A stretch of DNA of 60,976 nt from a virus: UHGV virus genome UHGV-1377268; one strand, 5' to 3'. Of this stretch, positions 19,785 through 28,742 are shown piece by piece. A model generated the notes under the pieces. The model worked only from the letters and a program-made list of their open reading frames with translations, searched no databases and was not told the origin of the DNA. A program made the translations under genes and the position numbers. Every line of letters starts with the position of its first letter. The first letter of the stretch is position 1.

Positions 19785-20192
19785 CTATTCACCTTCATTG
19801 ATGCGCGTAGTGTTGTTCTCAAGCGTGATCGGTGGGTTATCAAACTGCCCACGCTGAATAGCAGGTGGTATACCCTGACCAGTTAATGTGATACCGCCGA
19901 CACCAAACCCTAAGCCAAATCCTGAACCACCCGGATCCGTCCCGGTATTCAAACGCAAAATAAAATCTTTTTTAAGCAAGTTCCAGGCTTTAGCGGCGTC
20001 ACTACCAGAAAGTGAAATAGGACCAACTTTAATATCAGTGTCGTTACTGACCAGTGAAGCCATGTAATCACAAAGTGCGATACAGATACTTAACGGGTTT
20101 GTATAGCCGTTATCGATATACCACTGAATTGTTTCATCACTGATATCAGGAACGTTAATTAAGTTGCGGATACCTTCAACTGTGATTGCCAT
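19785..20192 (-). CDS. head-tail connector protein (gp6-like)
   Basis: MAITVEGIRNLINVPDISDETIQWYIDNGYT.. resembles the HK97 gp6-like connector family. Confidence 0.45.
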   Translation of the reverse strand: MAITVEGIRNLINVPDISDETIQWYIDNGYTNPLSICIALCDYMASLVSNDTDIKVGPISLSGSDAAKAWNLLKKDFILRLNTGTDPGGSGFGLGFGVGGITLTGQGIPPAIQRGQFDNPPITLENNTTRINEGE

Positions 20193-20232
20193 GTGGTCAC
20201 CTGTACAGAATAGTTTTCATTATTTTAGCACG

Positions 20233-20258
20233 AAAAAAAGCCGTCTTAAACAGACGGC
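20233..20258 (-). terminator. rho-independent terminator (minus strand) between tRNA and head-tail genes
   Basis: Minus strand gccgtct-gttta-agacggc followed by U7. Confidence 0.6.
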
Positions 20259-20387
20259 GAATAATTGCATGGCTCTGGGTTAATTCTTTACGCAGTTCAG
20301 AACGTTTCACAACGTGCTTTACCCACGCTTTGCGGCTTGCCCGCCAGCAAGATAGCGATCACCTCCTGTTGGTGTGATTCGCGTATT

Positions 20388-20475
20388 TGGCGGATAGTAC
20401 AGGATTCGAACCTGTGAACCGTTTCCGGTTTATCGGTTAGCAACCGACCGCTTTCGGCCTCTCAGCCAACTATCC
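20388..20475 (-). tRNA. tRNA-Ser (anticodon GCU), type II with long variable arm, CCA encoded
   Basis: GGATAGT/ACTATCC acceptor stem, anticodon loop UUGCUAA, T-arm ACAGG-TTCGAAT-CCTGT, 3' GCCA. Confidence 0.8.
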
Positions 20476-20806
20476 ATATGTTGTGATGGTCGGTGCTGAT
20501 CTCCGACTTTACCTGTGTTAACCCGCTACCCGGCTGGAGGTTTAGACAACCTAACGTAATGTAGATTGCAGCGGCCCTCTAAACTAAACCACCCAGTGCG
20601 TCAGCCCGCACATTCATCACAACGGAAAGAGCACTGGCTAACCAGGCGCGCCGACTCTTCACGATTATCGACTCAATGCTCTTACCTGTTGTGTGCTGGT
20701 TACGTTTATCCAGCGTCACACACGGTGACCGATTAAAGGCTAAGGTTTTCAACAGCGTCTGCTATGCAGTTCTATCTAATCAGCGTCGCCTTGAACTAAC
20801 AATACG

Positions 20807-21145
20807 TTAAGAAATATTGTAAGTCAAACTTTTTTCTTCACACCATTTTTCAGCGTCATCTTTACGTAATTTCTTCTCGCTGATCAGCATCCCGCCCATG
20901 TAGACGTTGTACCAGCCAGAACCTTCGTTACGGATTTCAGCTACTGCGCCGGACTGTTCCGGTTGCTGTTCCGGTTCGGAACCGTCAGCCAGTTCAATCT
21001 GACGCATCTTAAACAGGGAACGCAGGATTCCGATCGGTGTGTCATCGTCGGGTAATAAATCGCCCGTACCAACATATTTACCGTTCCATTTCATAGGGCG
21101 TGTAAACCGATATGTAGCTGACGGATCGAATTCATTTTTTTTCAT
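20807..21145 (-). CDS. hypothetical protein
   Basis: 112 aa starting MKKNEF with a GTGAGG RBS; downstream of the capsid gene. Confidence 0.4.
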   Translation of the reverse strand: MKKNEFDPSATYRFTRPMKWNGKYVGTGDLLPDDDTPIGILRSLFKMRQIELADGSEPEQQPEQSGAVAEIRNEGSGWYNVYMGGMLISEKKLRKDDAEKWCEEKSLTYNIS

Positions 21146-21207
21146 GATAAACCTCACATAAGCAAAAGGGGCAGCGTTAGCCACCCCTTTGTGATTACGG
21201 CAGACTG

Positions 21208-22227
21208 TTAAACAGCGTCGTAGAACAGAATACCCATATCCGGCGCAACCATCTGGGTATCGATCGCAAACTCTGCTTCAACAAAGTTACCGCGACGACC
21301 TTCAACACCCGGATAGGTACGGATCGCCGGACCGTTATCAATGCCCAGACCGACAAACTCATTCCAGGCAAAGGTAACAGCTGCGATAGGCTTCATGTTG
21401 CCCACGGTCGGTTCAACATAGTTCAGCATCAGCACGCCTTCAGCTGCAAACTGCATATCGGTAAGCGGGTTACCGTCGGTATCTTCCAGACCGTCAGCAG
21501 CCATGTTAACCACGGACTGCATAATTTCGATCTCGTTGACTTCCAGCAGAGCGGCCAGCGCTTGTTGGGTCACAATACCCGGATTCTGGCTGGTAGACGC
21601 ACCGTTGATACGGTCGATAACAGACGGGTTACGGGTCAGAGCATCATAAACGTCCAGGGTCATCAGCGCCTTGTTCCAGCGGCGACCACCAGTTGCCAGC
21701 GAGAACGCTACGCGGCGAGACAGGATATCACCGATCGGGTCAGAGTTGGCATTAGACCATTTCAGGAACTGGTTACCAGTAGGACCAGATGCAACACCCT
21801 GATAGTCAGTTGCCCATTTACCCGGCACCAGGAACTTAGAAACGAAGTCGATCTCTTTGTTGATCAGCAGTGCATCGGTAACAACGCCTGTTGCTTCCAT
21901 ATCCAGCTGCTGACCATTTGCGACGTTTGCACGTTTTTTATCAGAGATAAAAATACGGATTGCGTCGTCATCGACGGTATAGCCTTCGCTTTTGGTTTTG
22001 TAGCCGATAGTGTTGGCAACACCATCTTCAGCGCGTTTCGAGTTAACCGGGCGACCGAAATAACCTTTCGGATAGGTAAGATACTTACCAGCCGCCAGGT
22101 TTACCGGAACAACCGGGAAGTAACGAGTACCGACGAACAGTGATGTATCCTGCCAGTACGCTACCGAAAAGTTAGACAGGAATAGATCCGGGTTGCTAAC
22201 GTCGCGGAAATTCTGTTTATAGCTCAT
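21208..22227 (-). CDS. major capsid protein (lambda gpE-like)
   Basis: 339 aa; N-terminal ..DPLFL..F-like region; preceded by a gpD-like decoration gene. Confidence 0.7.
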   Translation of the reverse strand: MSYKQNFRDVSNPDLFLSNFSVAYWQDTSLFVGTRYFPVVPVNLAAGKYLTYPKGYFGRPVNSKRAEDGVANTIGYKTKSEGYTVDDDAIRIFISDKKRANVANGQQLDMEATGVVTDALLINKEIDFVSKFLVPGKWATDYQGVASGPTGNQFLKWSNANSDPIGDILSRRVAFSLATGGRRWNKALMTLDVYDALTRNPSVIDRINGASTSQNPGIVTQQALAALLEVNEIEIMQSVVNMAADGLEDTDGNPLTDMQFAAEGVLMLNYVEPTVGNMKPIAAVTFAWNEFVGLGIDNGPAIRTYPGVEGRRGNFVEAEFAIDTQMVAPDMGILFYDAV

Positions 22228-22242
22228 CTGATTTGCTCCTGA

Positions 22243-22650
22243 TTATGCTTTAGCGTACGGCGCACGGACTAAAGCCGTAACAACCTGATCCGCAGCGGTG
22301 GCCTGGGTCTGCGAAATTGCCACGACCAGTTGACCCGTGGTTGCAGTCTGGAATTTACCAGCGGCAGTTACTGCGAGTTCAACACCGACACCGAAAGCCG
22401 CAGCCGCTTTAATCGGAACGAATTTTTCTTTTTCGTTGACCAGATCAAAGAACTGATTAGCCGCTACATCGTCCAGTGCTACGCCGTCGATACGACCGCC
22501 AGCAGCAGGAAGTTTGTATTTCGGTACGCATGCGTTGGTGTCGCCCAGACTGGTATCGAGCACCAGGCCAACACCAGCGGCGATCGCTACGCTGGCAACA
22601 GCACGGGTCGGGCGCTCATAGTTCCAGTAGATTTTGCTATTAGTAGCCAT
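22243..22650 (-). CDS. head decoration protein (gpD/DUF2190-like)
   Basis: 135 aa Ala/Gly/Val-rich protein immediately upstream of the capsid gene. Confidence 0.5.
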   Translation of the reverse strand: MATNSKIYWNYERPTRAVASVAIAAGVGLVLDTSLGDTNACVPKYKLPAAGGRIDGVALDDVAANQFFDLVNEKEKFVPIKAAAAFGVGVELAVTAAGKFQTATTGQLVVAISQTQATAADQVVTALVRAPYAKA

Positions 22651-23864
22651 TATTCATCACCTCGCATGGTTTCGATAACATCCTGGCCTTTTTTGGTAGC
22701 TGCGACGGCCTGCATGGCCTGTGCACGGGTTTTGCCTGGGTTGTTCTTCATGTATTCGCTGACCAGATCTTCAAACGCACTGGAACCTTTACCACCGGTT
22801 GGTGCTGCAGGCGTTTTACGTTCTTTCCACAGGGTATCAGCCTGTTTCAGTTTCTCAACCAGGAAAGTGCGATCGGCTTCCGGCAGTTTATCCAGCGCCA
22901 TGACCATCGCGGTTTTCTGGACAACTTCACCCGGAATATGTGCAAAGTCGGTATTAACGACTTCTTTAGCTTTCGCCAGCGCCGCTTCGGTTTGTGCTTT
23001 GCGGATCTGTTCGTCCTGAGTTTTCAGAACGTCGTACATCGCGCCAGCTACGGATTTTTTCACTTCCTGACCAGCTACGGTAGTGAAAGATTCGTCAGCT
23101 TGTTTCGCCATAACTACCAGAGCGTCACGGGCGGTTACGTCCATTTTACGGAACGCTTCCTGATCGGTTTCAGGCAGAGCGTCATGATACGCCTTGTGGG
23201 TATCGCTCATCTCAGCCAGAGCTTTGTATTTTTCCAGTTCGGACATTTCAATTTCCTCTGCCGTTTTTAAAACCTGGGGGATTTCTTGATCCGGGTGCAA
23301 TTCTTTCCACGCGGCCCGAACCTTACTTTTCACACCTGCTAAATCAGCTTCAGGGATTTCAACCTTATTACCGCGATACCCTGGACCTAATGCAGCCAGT
23401 GCAGCGCCGACAATACGTGAATCAGGTTTTCCGCCAGGTGTGGAGGTTAAACGAAGTTTCCAGGTTGAAGGTTTTTCCGGGTCCGGTACATATGCGTAAT
23501 CAGATGCCGGGAATACTTCACCATCTTCTGTTTTACCACCCTTCGCTTTATTAAGCGAAATACCAGCGGCCTGCTGCAGTGTTATAATATATTCATTTAC
23601 TGCGTCGCGCAATGCTGCTTGTTTATCAGTAACTGAATCATCTTTTGCAATATCCTCTGCTGACTCGCGAAGTGCTTCATTAAGCACCCATGAGTTAGAA
23701 AGGAACTGGTTCACCTGCTGTTCCAGCTGCTGTTCAGCAAGCGCCGCACTAAACGCAGATTTCAGCAAGGTTTCGCCGGGTGTTTCACCGTGGGATTTAA
23801 GCATAAGGGCGTTTGCGCCTTCATGCGCTGGTTTGGTCACACCGGACAGAAAGCCAATTTTCAT
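22650..23864 (-). CDS. scaffolding protein
   Basis: Long coiled-coil, Ala/Glu/Lys-rich ORF between the protease and decoration genes; start taken at MKIGFL. Confidence 0.45.
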   Translation of the reverse strand: MKIGFLSGVTKPAHEGANALMLKSHGETPGETLLKSAFSAALAEQQLEQQVNQFLSNSWVLNEALRESAEDIAKDDSVTDKQAALRDAVNEYIITLQQAAGISLNKAKGGKTEDGEVFPASDYAYVPDPEKPSTWKLRLTSTPGGKPDSRIVGAALAALGPGYRGNKVEIPEADLAGVKSKVRAAWKELHPDQEIPQVLKTAEEIEMSELEKYKALAEMSDTHKAYHDALPETDQEAFRKMDVTARDALVVMAKQADESFTTVAGQEVKKSVAGAMYDVLKTQDEQIRKAQTEAALAKAKEVVNTDFAHIPGEVVQKTAMVMALDKLPEADRTFLVEKLKQADTLWKERKTPAAPTGGKGSSAFEDLVSEYMKNNPGKTRAQAMQAVAATKKGQDVIETMRGDE

Positions 23865-23905
23865 TGACCGCGCCCGGCGTAAATGGTTAGTGCCATCAGT
23901 ACGCA

Positions 23906-24316
23906 TTATTCAACGTCCTCATAGTAAGCAGTTCCACCGATACTATACCCGGTATATTCGCCAGACTGAAATTTTTTCAGAATGTCATCGTCGGTGATCA
24001 GCGTACCAACAATAACGCCTGTTTGATCCAGTTTTTCAACCAGTCCAAAACTTGCGGCGATATCTTCGGTCATCGGAAAAGCGAACACCACTTTGCCCAC
24101 GGGTTGTTCGTTGTGCATATTATCCATGATCCGCTGATCGCCGTTCATGAAATCCAGCCATGCTTTTAACGTTACATCCTCAGGGAATTGTTCGTTGTCG
24201 GTGTCGGTGTAGATTTCTAACTGACCCGTTTCCTGATTACGTTTTTTACAAATCGAACCCCAGCCGAAAACCATCCGTAACTGTGGATCGACCTTGTTAA
24301 CTTTAACTTCAATCAT
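23906..24316 (-). CDS. prohead serine protease, XkdF-like
   Basis: MIEVKVNKVDPQLRMVFGWGS.. matches the XkdF-family N-terminal pattern; first gene of the head operon. Confidence 0.45.
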   Translation of the reverse strand: MIEVKVNKVDPQLRMVFGWGSICKKRNQETGQLEIYTDTDNEQFPEDVTLKAWLDFMNGDQRIMDNMHNEQPVGKVVFAFPMTEDIAASFGLVEKLDQTGVIVGTLITDDDILKKFQSGEYTGYSIGGTAYYEDVE

Positions 24317-24632
24317 TGGGTGTTTCCTCGCGAGTTAACCACGGGTGCATAGTATCATACATTTCATGCTGTTTTCCTTATCTTTTAGATCTTACCCTAC
24401 TAACCCTTACTTACCTTACTTTTATAATTCTTATATAAATCTATACTATCTATGATAAGTATGTAAAAGATAATAAAAACAGTAAGTTAGAAGATAAATT
24501 TGTTAAAAATAAGTATACGCAAACTATGCAATCTATGTTACGGCTTACCAGATCTGTATAACTGTTTCATACCATCTATGTCATCTATGACGCTGAGTTA
24601 CGGCTTACCAAACTGGTAAGATGAAAGAAGAT
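24317..24632. repeat. iteron-rich AT-rich intergenic region A (paralog of 44069..44533)
   Basis: Contains cttacc repeats, tttataattcttatataaatctatactatctat, and 2x gttacggcttacca(g/a); shares about 60 bp of near-identical motifs with region B. Confidence 0.6.
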
Positions 24633-24676
24633 TTAAAATAATTCTTGACGGATTGCAGACAGGAAGGTATAGTTAT
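24633..24676 (+). promoter_or_regulatory. sigma70 promoter, family copy
   Basis: -35 TTGACG 24645-50, 17-bp spacer, -10 TATAGT 24668-73. Confidence 0.6.
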
Positions 24677-24716
24677 AACACCCAATAACGGGTGGTTAAC
24701 TGAAAAGGTAAAGGCG

Positions 24717-25013
24717 ATGGAATATGACGATCGAAAAGACCTGCACGGGTGGTTCGGTTTATCTTATGCGGCATTTGTTGTTATGCCCCGTGTGGCTATG
24801 ATGCAGATGCCGAAAGAGTGGCAGGAAAAAATGGCCGAACTTCTCCACGAATACGACGAAACAATCAACACTGGTGCGTTTGGTGTTCATTCCTGTTTTG
24901 TCACGGTCAAAGATAAAAACAATAGATTTATGAGTATGCCGGAACAACTGGTTAACTACCGTCATCCTCACCCTGAAACTAAACGTATTCTTTTAAAGAA
25001 AGGTGGCTGGTAA
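24717..25013 (+). CDS. hypothetical protein
   Basis: 98 aa (MEYDDRK..) with an AAAGG RBS. Confidence 0.4.
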   Translation: MEYDDRKDLHGWFGLSYAAFVVMPRVAMMQMPKEWQEKMAELLHEYDETINTGAFGVHSCFVTVKDKNNRFMSMPEQLVNYRHPHPETKRILLKKGGW

Positions 25014-25288
25014 TGTGCGAATGCATGAAAAAACTTGGTGACGAACTTCAACAACGACTGATGGAAAAAGTGCCGCAGGGTGCAGAAGTCAGTACCAACA
25101 TATTTGACAAAGTGGGCTGGGATAACCAGTGTCTGGGGCTGTCATCCGGGAACATCTACGTCATGCTGAAATATCGCCTGGCGTATCGTGCGCCGAAGAA
25201 AAACGGCGAACTGGCGAAGAACTTCACGCGATTAGAAACTAACGTGAAAATGTCTTACTGCCCGTTCTGTGGTGAAAAGCAGGAGTAG
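25013..25288 (+). CDS. hypothetical protein, C-terminal CPFCG zinc-ribbon-like motif
   Basis: 91 aa; start overlaps the upstream stop. Confidence 0.4.
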   Translation: MCECMKKLGDELQQRLMEKVPQGAEVSTNIFDKVGWDNQCLGLSSGNIYVMLKYRLAYRAPKKNGELAKNFTRLETNVKMSYCPFCGEKQE

Positions 25289-25291
25289 GTT

Positions 25292-25531
25292 ATGTGTGAA
25301 CTTACATCAGTTTTTGAAGTTCGATCCGGTATGGATGGTGCACCAGGCCGTGGGGAACGTGAAGGCGGCATGTATAGCAGTTTTGAACTGGCTAAAGAAC
25401 ATGCTGAAAAAGTCATTGAACGTATTAATCAGTTCGACGATGTTTTGTGGAAATCAAATGATCGGGCTGAAGGTGAATATTACTGGGTGGAGATCAACGA
25501 ATACGATGTTATCTACCCGGGGCAGGAGTAA
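25292..25531 (+). CDS. hypothetical protein
   Basis: 79 aa acidic ORF with an AGGAG RBS. Confidence 0.4.
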   Translation: MCELTSVFEVRSGMDGAPGRGEREGGMYSSFELAKEHAEKVIERINQFDDVLWKSNDRAEGEYYWVEINEYDVIYPGQE

Positions 25532-25536
25532 TACCT

Positions 25537-25710
25537 ATGACCGATATCGAAAAACGAATTAAAGAACTGCGCAGGCGTCAGGTTTGCATTCGTGAGAGTA
25601 TCGAAATACTCAGAAAACAATGGCGCGACGATCAGGAAGAACTGGCAAAATTAGCACCGCAGGCCATTCGTTCTGGTATTAGTGTTAATCTTGAAATGTC
25701 AGAACCATGA
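25537..25710 (+). CDS. hypothetical small coiled-coil protein
   Basis: 57 aa with a GGAG RBS. Confidence 0.3.
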   Translation: MTDIEKRIKELRRRQVCIRESIEILRKQWRDDQEELAKLAPQAIRSGISVNLEMSEP

Positions 25711-25721
25711 GGTAAACGCTG

Positions 25722-25988
25722 ATGAAACGTTGTGACGTATGTAACGGCTATCAGGGTGAACCAACACCTGTGAAAGTCGGTGATAAAGTTGATTTTGTGA
25801 TCGAGAAACGAACAGGTAATAGTATTCGAATGACCGCCAGAACCGGAAAACTTATGCTGATTAAAGAGAATGGTTTCAGCGTGATTTACCGCGGGACTGT
25901 TTACCACGCTGATTCTGTTTCAAGCCCTGCTGATCCGTCTCCGATTAGTCTGGCTATGTTCGGGCGCTGTACCTGTTCAACCCAGTGA
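25722..25988 (+). CDS. hypothetical protein (CxxC N-terminus)
   Basis: 88 aa ORF beginning MKRCDVCNG. Confidence 0.35.
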   Translation: MKRCDVCNGYQGEPTPVKVGDKVDFVIEKRTGNSIRMTARTGKLMLIKENGFSVIYRGTVYHADSVSSPADPSPISLAMFGRCTCSTQ

Positions 25989-26001
25989 ACCGATATCTTG
26001 C

Positions 26002-26059
26002 TTGACTGCTTAACCTCCTGTTAGTAGTATTACGTTAAACAACAGGAGGTTTTTATTTT
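26002..26059 (+). promoter_or_regulatory. terminator hairpin sequestering the RBS of the downstream HEG, with an internal sigma70-like promoter
   Basis: Stem aacctcctgtt (26012-22) / aacaggaggtt (26041-51) with an 18-nt loop and a T-run; AGGAGG SD at 26045-50 lies inside the 3' arm; TTGACT 26002-07, 17-bp spacer, TAGTAT 26025-30 would start transcription inside the loop. Confidence 0.5.
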
Positions 26060-26981
26060 GACCAGAAGAAAGACAGAACAAGAAAGAACTTCTGAAATTT
26101 TAGAAGTTTGTAAAAATACAAACTATCGTTTTATTAAATTTGTAAATGGGTACAAAAATGCTTCCAGCAGAATAGTCATGTATTGTGAAAAACATGGTGA
26201 ATGGGAAACATCATGCGACCTAGTCATAAACGGTAAAAATTTCTGCAGGAAATGTCGCAATGAAAAATTAAATTCAATTAATAGTATTAACCAAAAAGAA
26301 TATGAAAAAAGAATTGCTGATGTTTGTAATTCACGAGGTTATACGTTTATAAAATGGATTGAAACTTACCATGGGGTTCGTACAAAAGCATTGATACAAT
26401 GCGCTAAACATGGACAATGGGTTTCTTCTGGTAACAACATCACAATAAATAAAAGTTTTTGTAAAAAGTGTTATTTTGACAGCAAAAAGACCCCGTTAAA
26501 TTTAAGAGAAAAAGAAATAAATGAAAAATGTCATTCGTTAGGTTATGACTTTTTAGGGTGGGTAGACAAATATACTAACCAATACAGTAAGATTAAAGTA
26601 AAATGTCAAAAACATGGTGAATTTGTAACAACACCTACATTGTTATTACATGCTGGTAGGCGTTGTGCAGGTTGTGCAGCAACAGGTTTCAAGATTAAAA
26701 ATAAAGCTAGTTTATATATTTTGAGATCTGTTAGTGGTGAATATTTGAAGATAGGTATCAGTAATCATGTCGAAAAACGAATAAAAATATTAAGAAAAAG
26801 AACTCCATTTGAATTCAATGTTATTGAAATATATCACTCTGATGGTGCAACCATTCGTTCGCTTGAAAAAGACTTTCATTCTCATTTTGAATCTGCCGGG
26901 TTGACAGGGTTTGATGGTTGTACAGAGTGGTTAAAATGGAATCCGAATATAACCACTCTGATACGTATGATTACGGGATAA
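26058..26981 (+). CDS. homing endonuclease-like protein, T5orf172 (GIY-YIG-like) domain with three N-terminal Zn-finger-like modules (HEG1); TTG start
   Basis: Three tandem Y.F..W...Y.......C.KHGEW........C..C modules, then GFKIKNKASLYILRS..YLKIGIS..VEKRIKILR.. T5orf172 signature. Confidence 0.6.
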   Translation: MTRRKTEQERTSEILEVCKNTNYRFIKFVNGYKNASSRIVMYCEKHGEWETSCDLVINGKNFCRKCRNEKLNSINSINQKEYEKRIADVCNSRGYTFIKWIETYHGVRTKALIQCAKHGQWVSSGNNITINKSFCKKCYFDSKKTPLNLREKEINEKCHSLGYDFLGWVDKYTNQYSKIKVKCQKHGEFVTTPTLLLHAGRRCAGCAATGFKIKNKASLYILRSVSGEYLKIGISNHVEKRIKILRKRTPFEFNVIEIYHSDGATIRSLEKDFHSHFESAGLTGFDGCTEWLKWNPNITTLIRMITG

Positions 26982-27924
26982 CGTTTATATCTTCTGGAAG
27001 AGAATAGGCGACCCGACACCTGCAGTTAATCGTATTCGATGCGCTTCCGTTAGGGTCACGAGGGAACATAAGCGGCCCTAACGGTGTTGAAAACGGTCTG
27101 TTCATTGGGATCCACCCGTTAGTTTCCCCGGCGCTAATATGTGCATCACGAGTGCGTGTATCATGACGATATAACCAGCGCTTTAACAGTTCGTTGCTGA
27201 TAGCCCCGGTGATCTGCCCTTCACGAATTGCCAGATCCTGACCAACAGATGTTGCACGTAATGACTCAGTACGTGCAATTGTCTCTGTGCGCTGTTTTAC
27301 ATAGCGTAGGCGGGTTTGTTCAACAATCTTATCGATCTGGCTTTCAGACAGTTTCCCGGCGCTTACAGCGTTTTTTGCGCTATCAGTCACGGTGGTTAAG
27401 CTGTTCACATAACCTGCTTCACCTTTTTCAAGCGCAGCACGCAACCGCTGAACGGTTTGTTCCTGACGACTGGTTAACCCGATACTGGAACGAAAATCAC
27501 GGGCAATCTGGCGCGGGTTGCGCCCGGTAATAACACCCTGGTTCACGGCAATCTGAACAGCCTTCACCGTTTCATCGCTTACTTCGCGGATCATCTGCCC
27601 AACATAGTTATTGATATACGCACCGACCCGTGGGTTAACAAGGCTGAAAACCACGGGGGCAGTAACAGCTGCTTTCGGCAGAATCTGAACGACCACGCGA
27701 CCTGATTCAGCTATCGCGTTTTCAATAACAGGTCGTAACTGTGCGCTTAACTCATCCGGGAGAGTGTCAAGAATGGGAAGTAACCCGCTAATACCCTGAG
27801 TTTCAATAATGTACTCAAGGTTCGCTAATGATTCGCTACGGCGCACGTTTTCCCACACGATGTTCAGTGCTTCACGGATCCGCAGGTCATATTTATCAGC
27901 AATGTCCGGGTATGGGTCTTTCAT
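26971..27924 (-). CDS. head morphogenesis protein (Mu F / SPP1 gp7-like)
   Basis: 317 aa; C-terminal ..TINCRCRVAYSLPED motif typical of Phage_Mu_F-like proteins. Confidence 0.6.
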   Translation of the reverse strand: MKDPYPDIADKYDLRIREALNIVWENVRRSESLANLEYIIETQGISGLLPILDTLPDELSAQLRPVIENAIAESGRVVVQILPKAAVTAPVVFSLVNPRVGAYINNYVGQMIREVSDETVKAVQIAVNQGVITGRNPRQIARDFRSSIGLTSRQEQTVQRLRAALEKGEAGYVNSLTTVTDSAKNAVSAGKLSESQIDKIVEQTRLRYVKQRTETIARTESLRATSVGQDLAIREGQITGAISNELLKRWLYRHDTRTRDAHISAGETNGWIPMNRPFSTPLGPLMFPRDPNGSASNTINCRCRVAYSLPEDINVIP

Positions 27925-27960
27925 AGAAAAGCCTCAGCGTGGTTACTGAGGCTTATTGTA

Positions 27961-28212
27961 TCACAGGTTAATCATACGTTGACCAACTTCACGATCGGTT
28001 GCGATCAGAAGGCGCTGGAGTTTGGCAACGTAACCAGATGGGAAAGGTTGAGAAAGAACAACATCAAGCATTTTAATCGTGTTCGGCATTGTCATTCGTT
28101 GCTTCAACGCCTGTGCACAACGTTTCAATGCTGTATTTGGTTTATCTTTATTCATCGCAATACACAACTGCAATGTTACAACTATATCGATAAACTCATG
28201 TACACCGATCAC
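27961..28212 (-). CDS. hypothetical protein
   Basis: 83 aa ORF in the minus-strand block between the AP2-domain and head morphogenesis genes. Confidence 0.35.
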   Translation of the reverse strand: MIGVHEFIDIVVTLQLCIAMNKDKPNTALKRCAQALKQRMTMPNTIKMLDVVLSQPFPSGYVAKLQRLLIATDREVGQRMINL

Positions 28213-28261
28213 TTTCGGATGATCTGCAGGATATAGCGGTTATCCTGCAGAACGTTCTAAA

Positions 28262-28414
28262 TTATGACTGAAATTCACGTTTAGTCACCCCTTGCAAACG
28301 GTTCTTCACTTCCCTGATCTGTTCTTCCAGGTGTTCTACTGCTGCTAATGCACGTTCATAATCCAGTTCCAGATCGCGAAGTAATTCAGAATCTGAGCGC
28401 TTTTGTCCGACCAT
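28262..28414 (-). CDS. hypothetical small coiled-coil protein
   Basis: 50 aa ORF below the ORF-track cutoff; a perfect 10-bp-stem hairpin lies immediately downstream (28222-28248). Confidence 0.25.
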   Translation of the reverse strand: MVGQKRSDSELLRDLELDYERALAAVEHLEEQIREVKNRLQGVTKREFQS

Positions 28415-28742
28415 ATTTATAAACCCTTAGTGACTGTAATTCTCTTGCGAGATTTAATAGATCTATGGTGTCTAATTTATATTCACCATTGTTTTTAATG
28501 ATCGTTGAAATTTTATAATTTTCAACTGGTTTATAATCCGGTTCACGATTCATTGGTGTTACACATGACCGTGGGATTTCATCAGGTTTAAAACCTTTTC
28601 TTAACCAGTATTTAAACAGTCGCACTGATACACTTGCACGCTCTGGAGTTTTAAAAACCCCAAGATGGCATTTCTTTTGATTTACATGAACGCCTGCTGA
28701 AAAACCAGTAGTGCTATAATATACACCCGGAAAACCTTTCAT
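28386..28742 (-). CDS. AP2-domain DNA-binding protein
   Basis: GVYYSTTG.. W.A.V..N.KK.HLGVFKTPE.A AP2/HNH-associated DNA-binding signature. Confidence 0.5.
   Translation of the reverse strand: MKGFPGVYYSTTGFSAGVHVNQKKCHLGVFKTPERASVSVRLFKYWLRKGFKPDEIPRSCVTPMNREPDYKPVENYKISTIIKNNGEYKLDTIDLLNLARELQSLRVYKYGRTKALRF

Noticed and set aside
21562-23270. Long plus-strand ORFs (21562..22143, 22330..23019, 22938..23270) antisense to capsid, decoration and scaffold genes
   Set aside because: They lie inside strongly supported minus-strand structural genes, have no RBS, and have low-complexity Ser/Arg/Cys-rich translations typical of antisense frames of GC-rich coding DNA.
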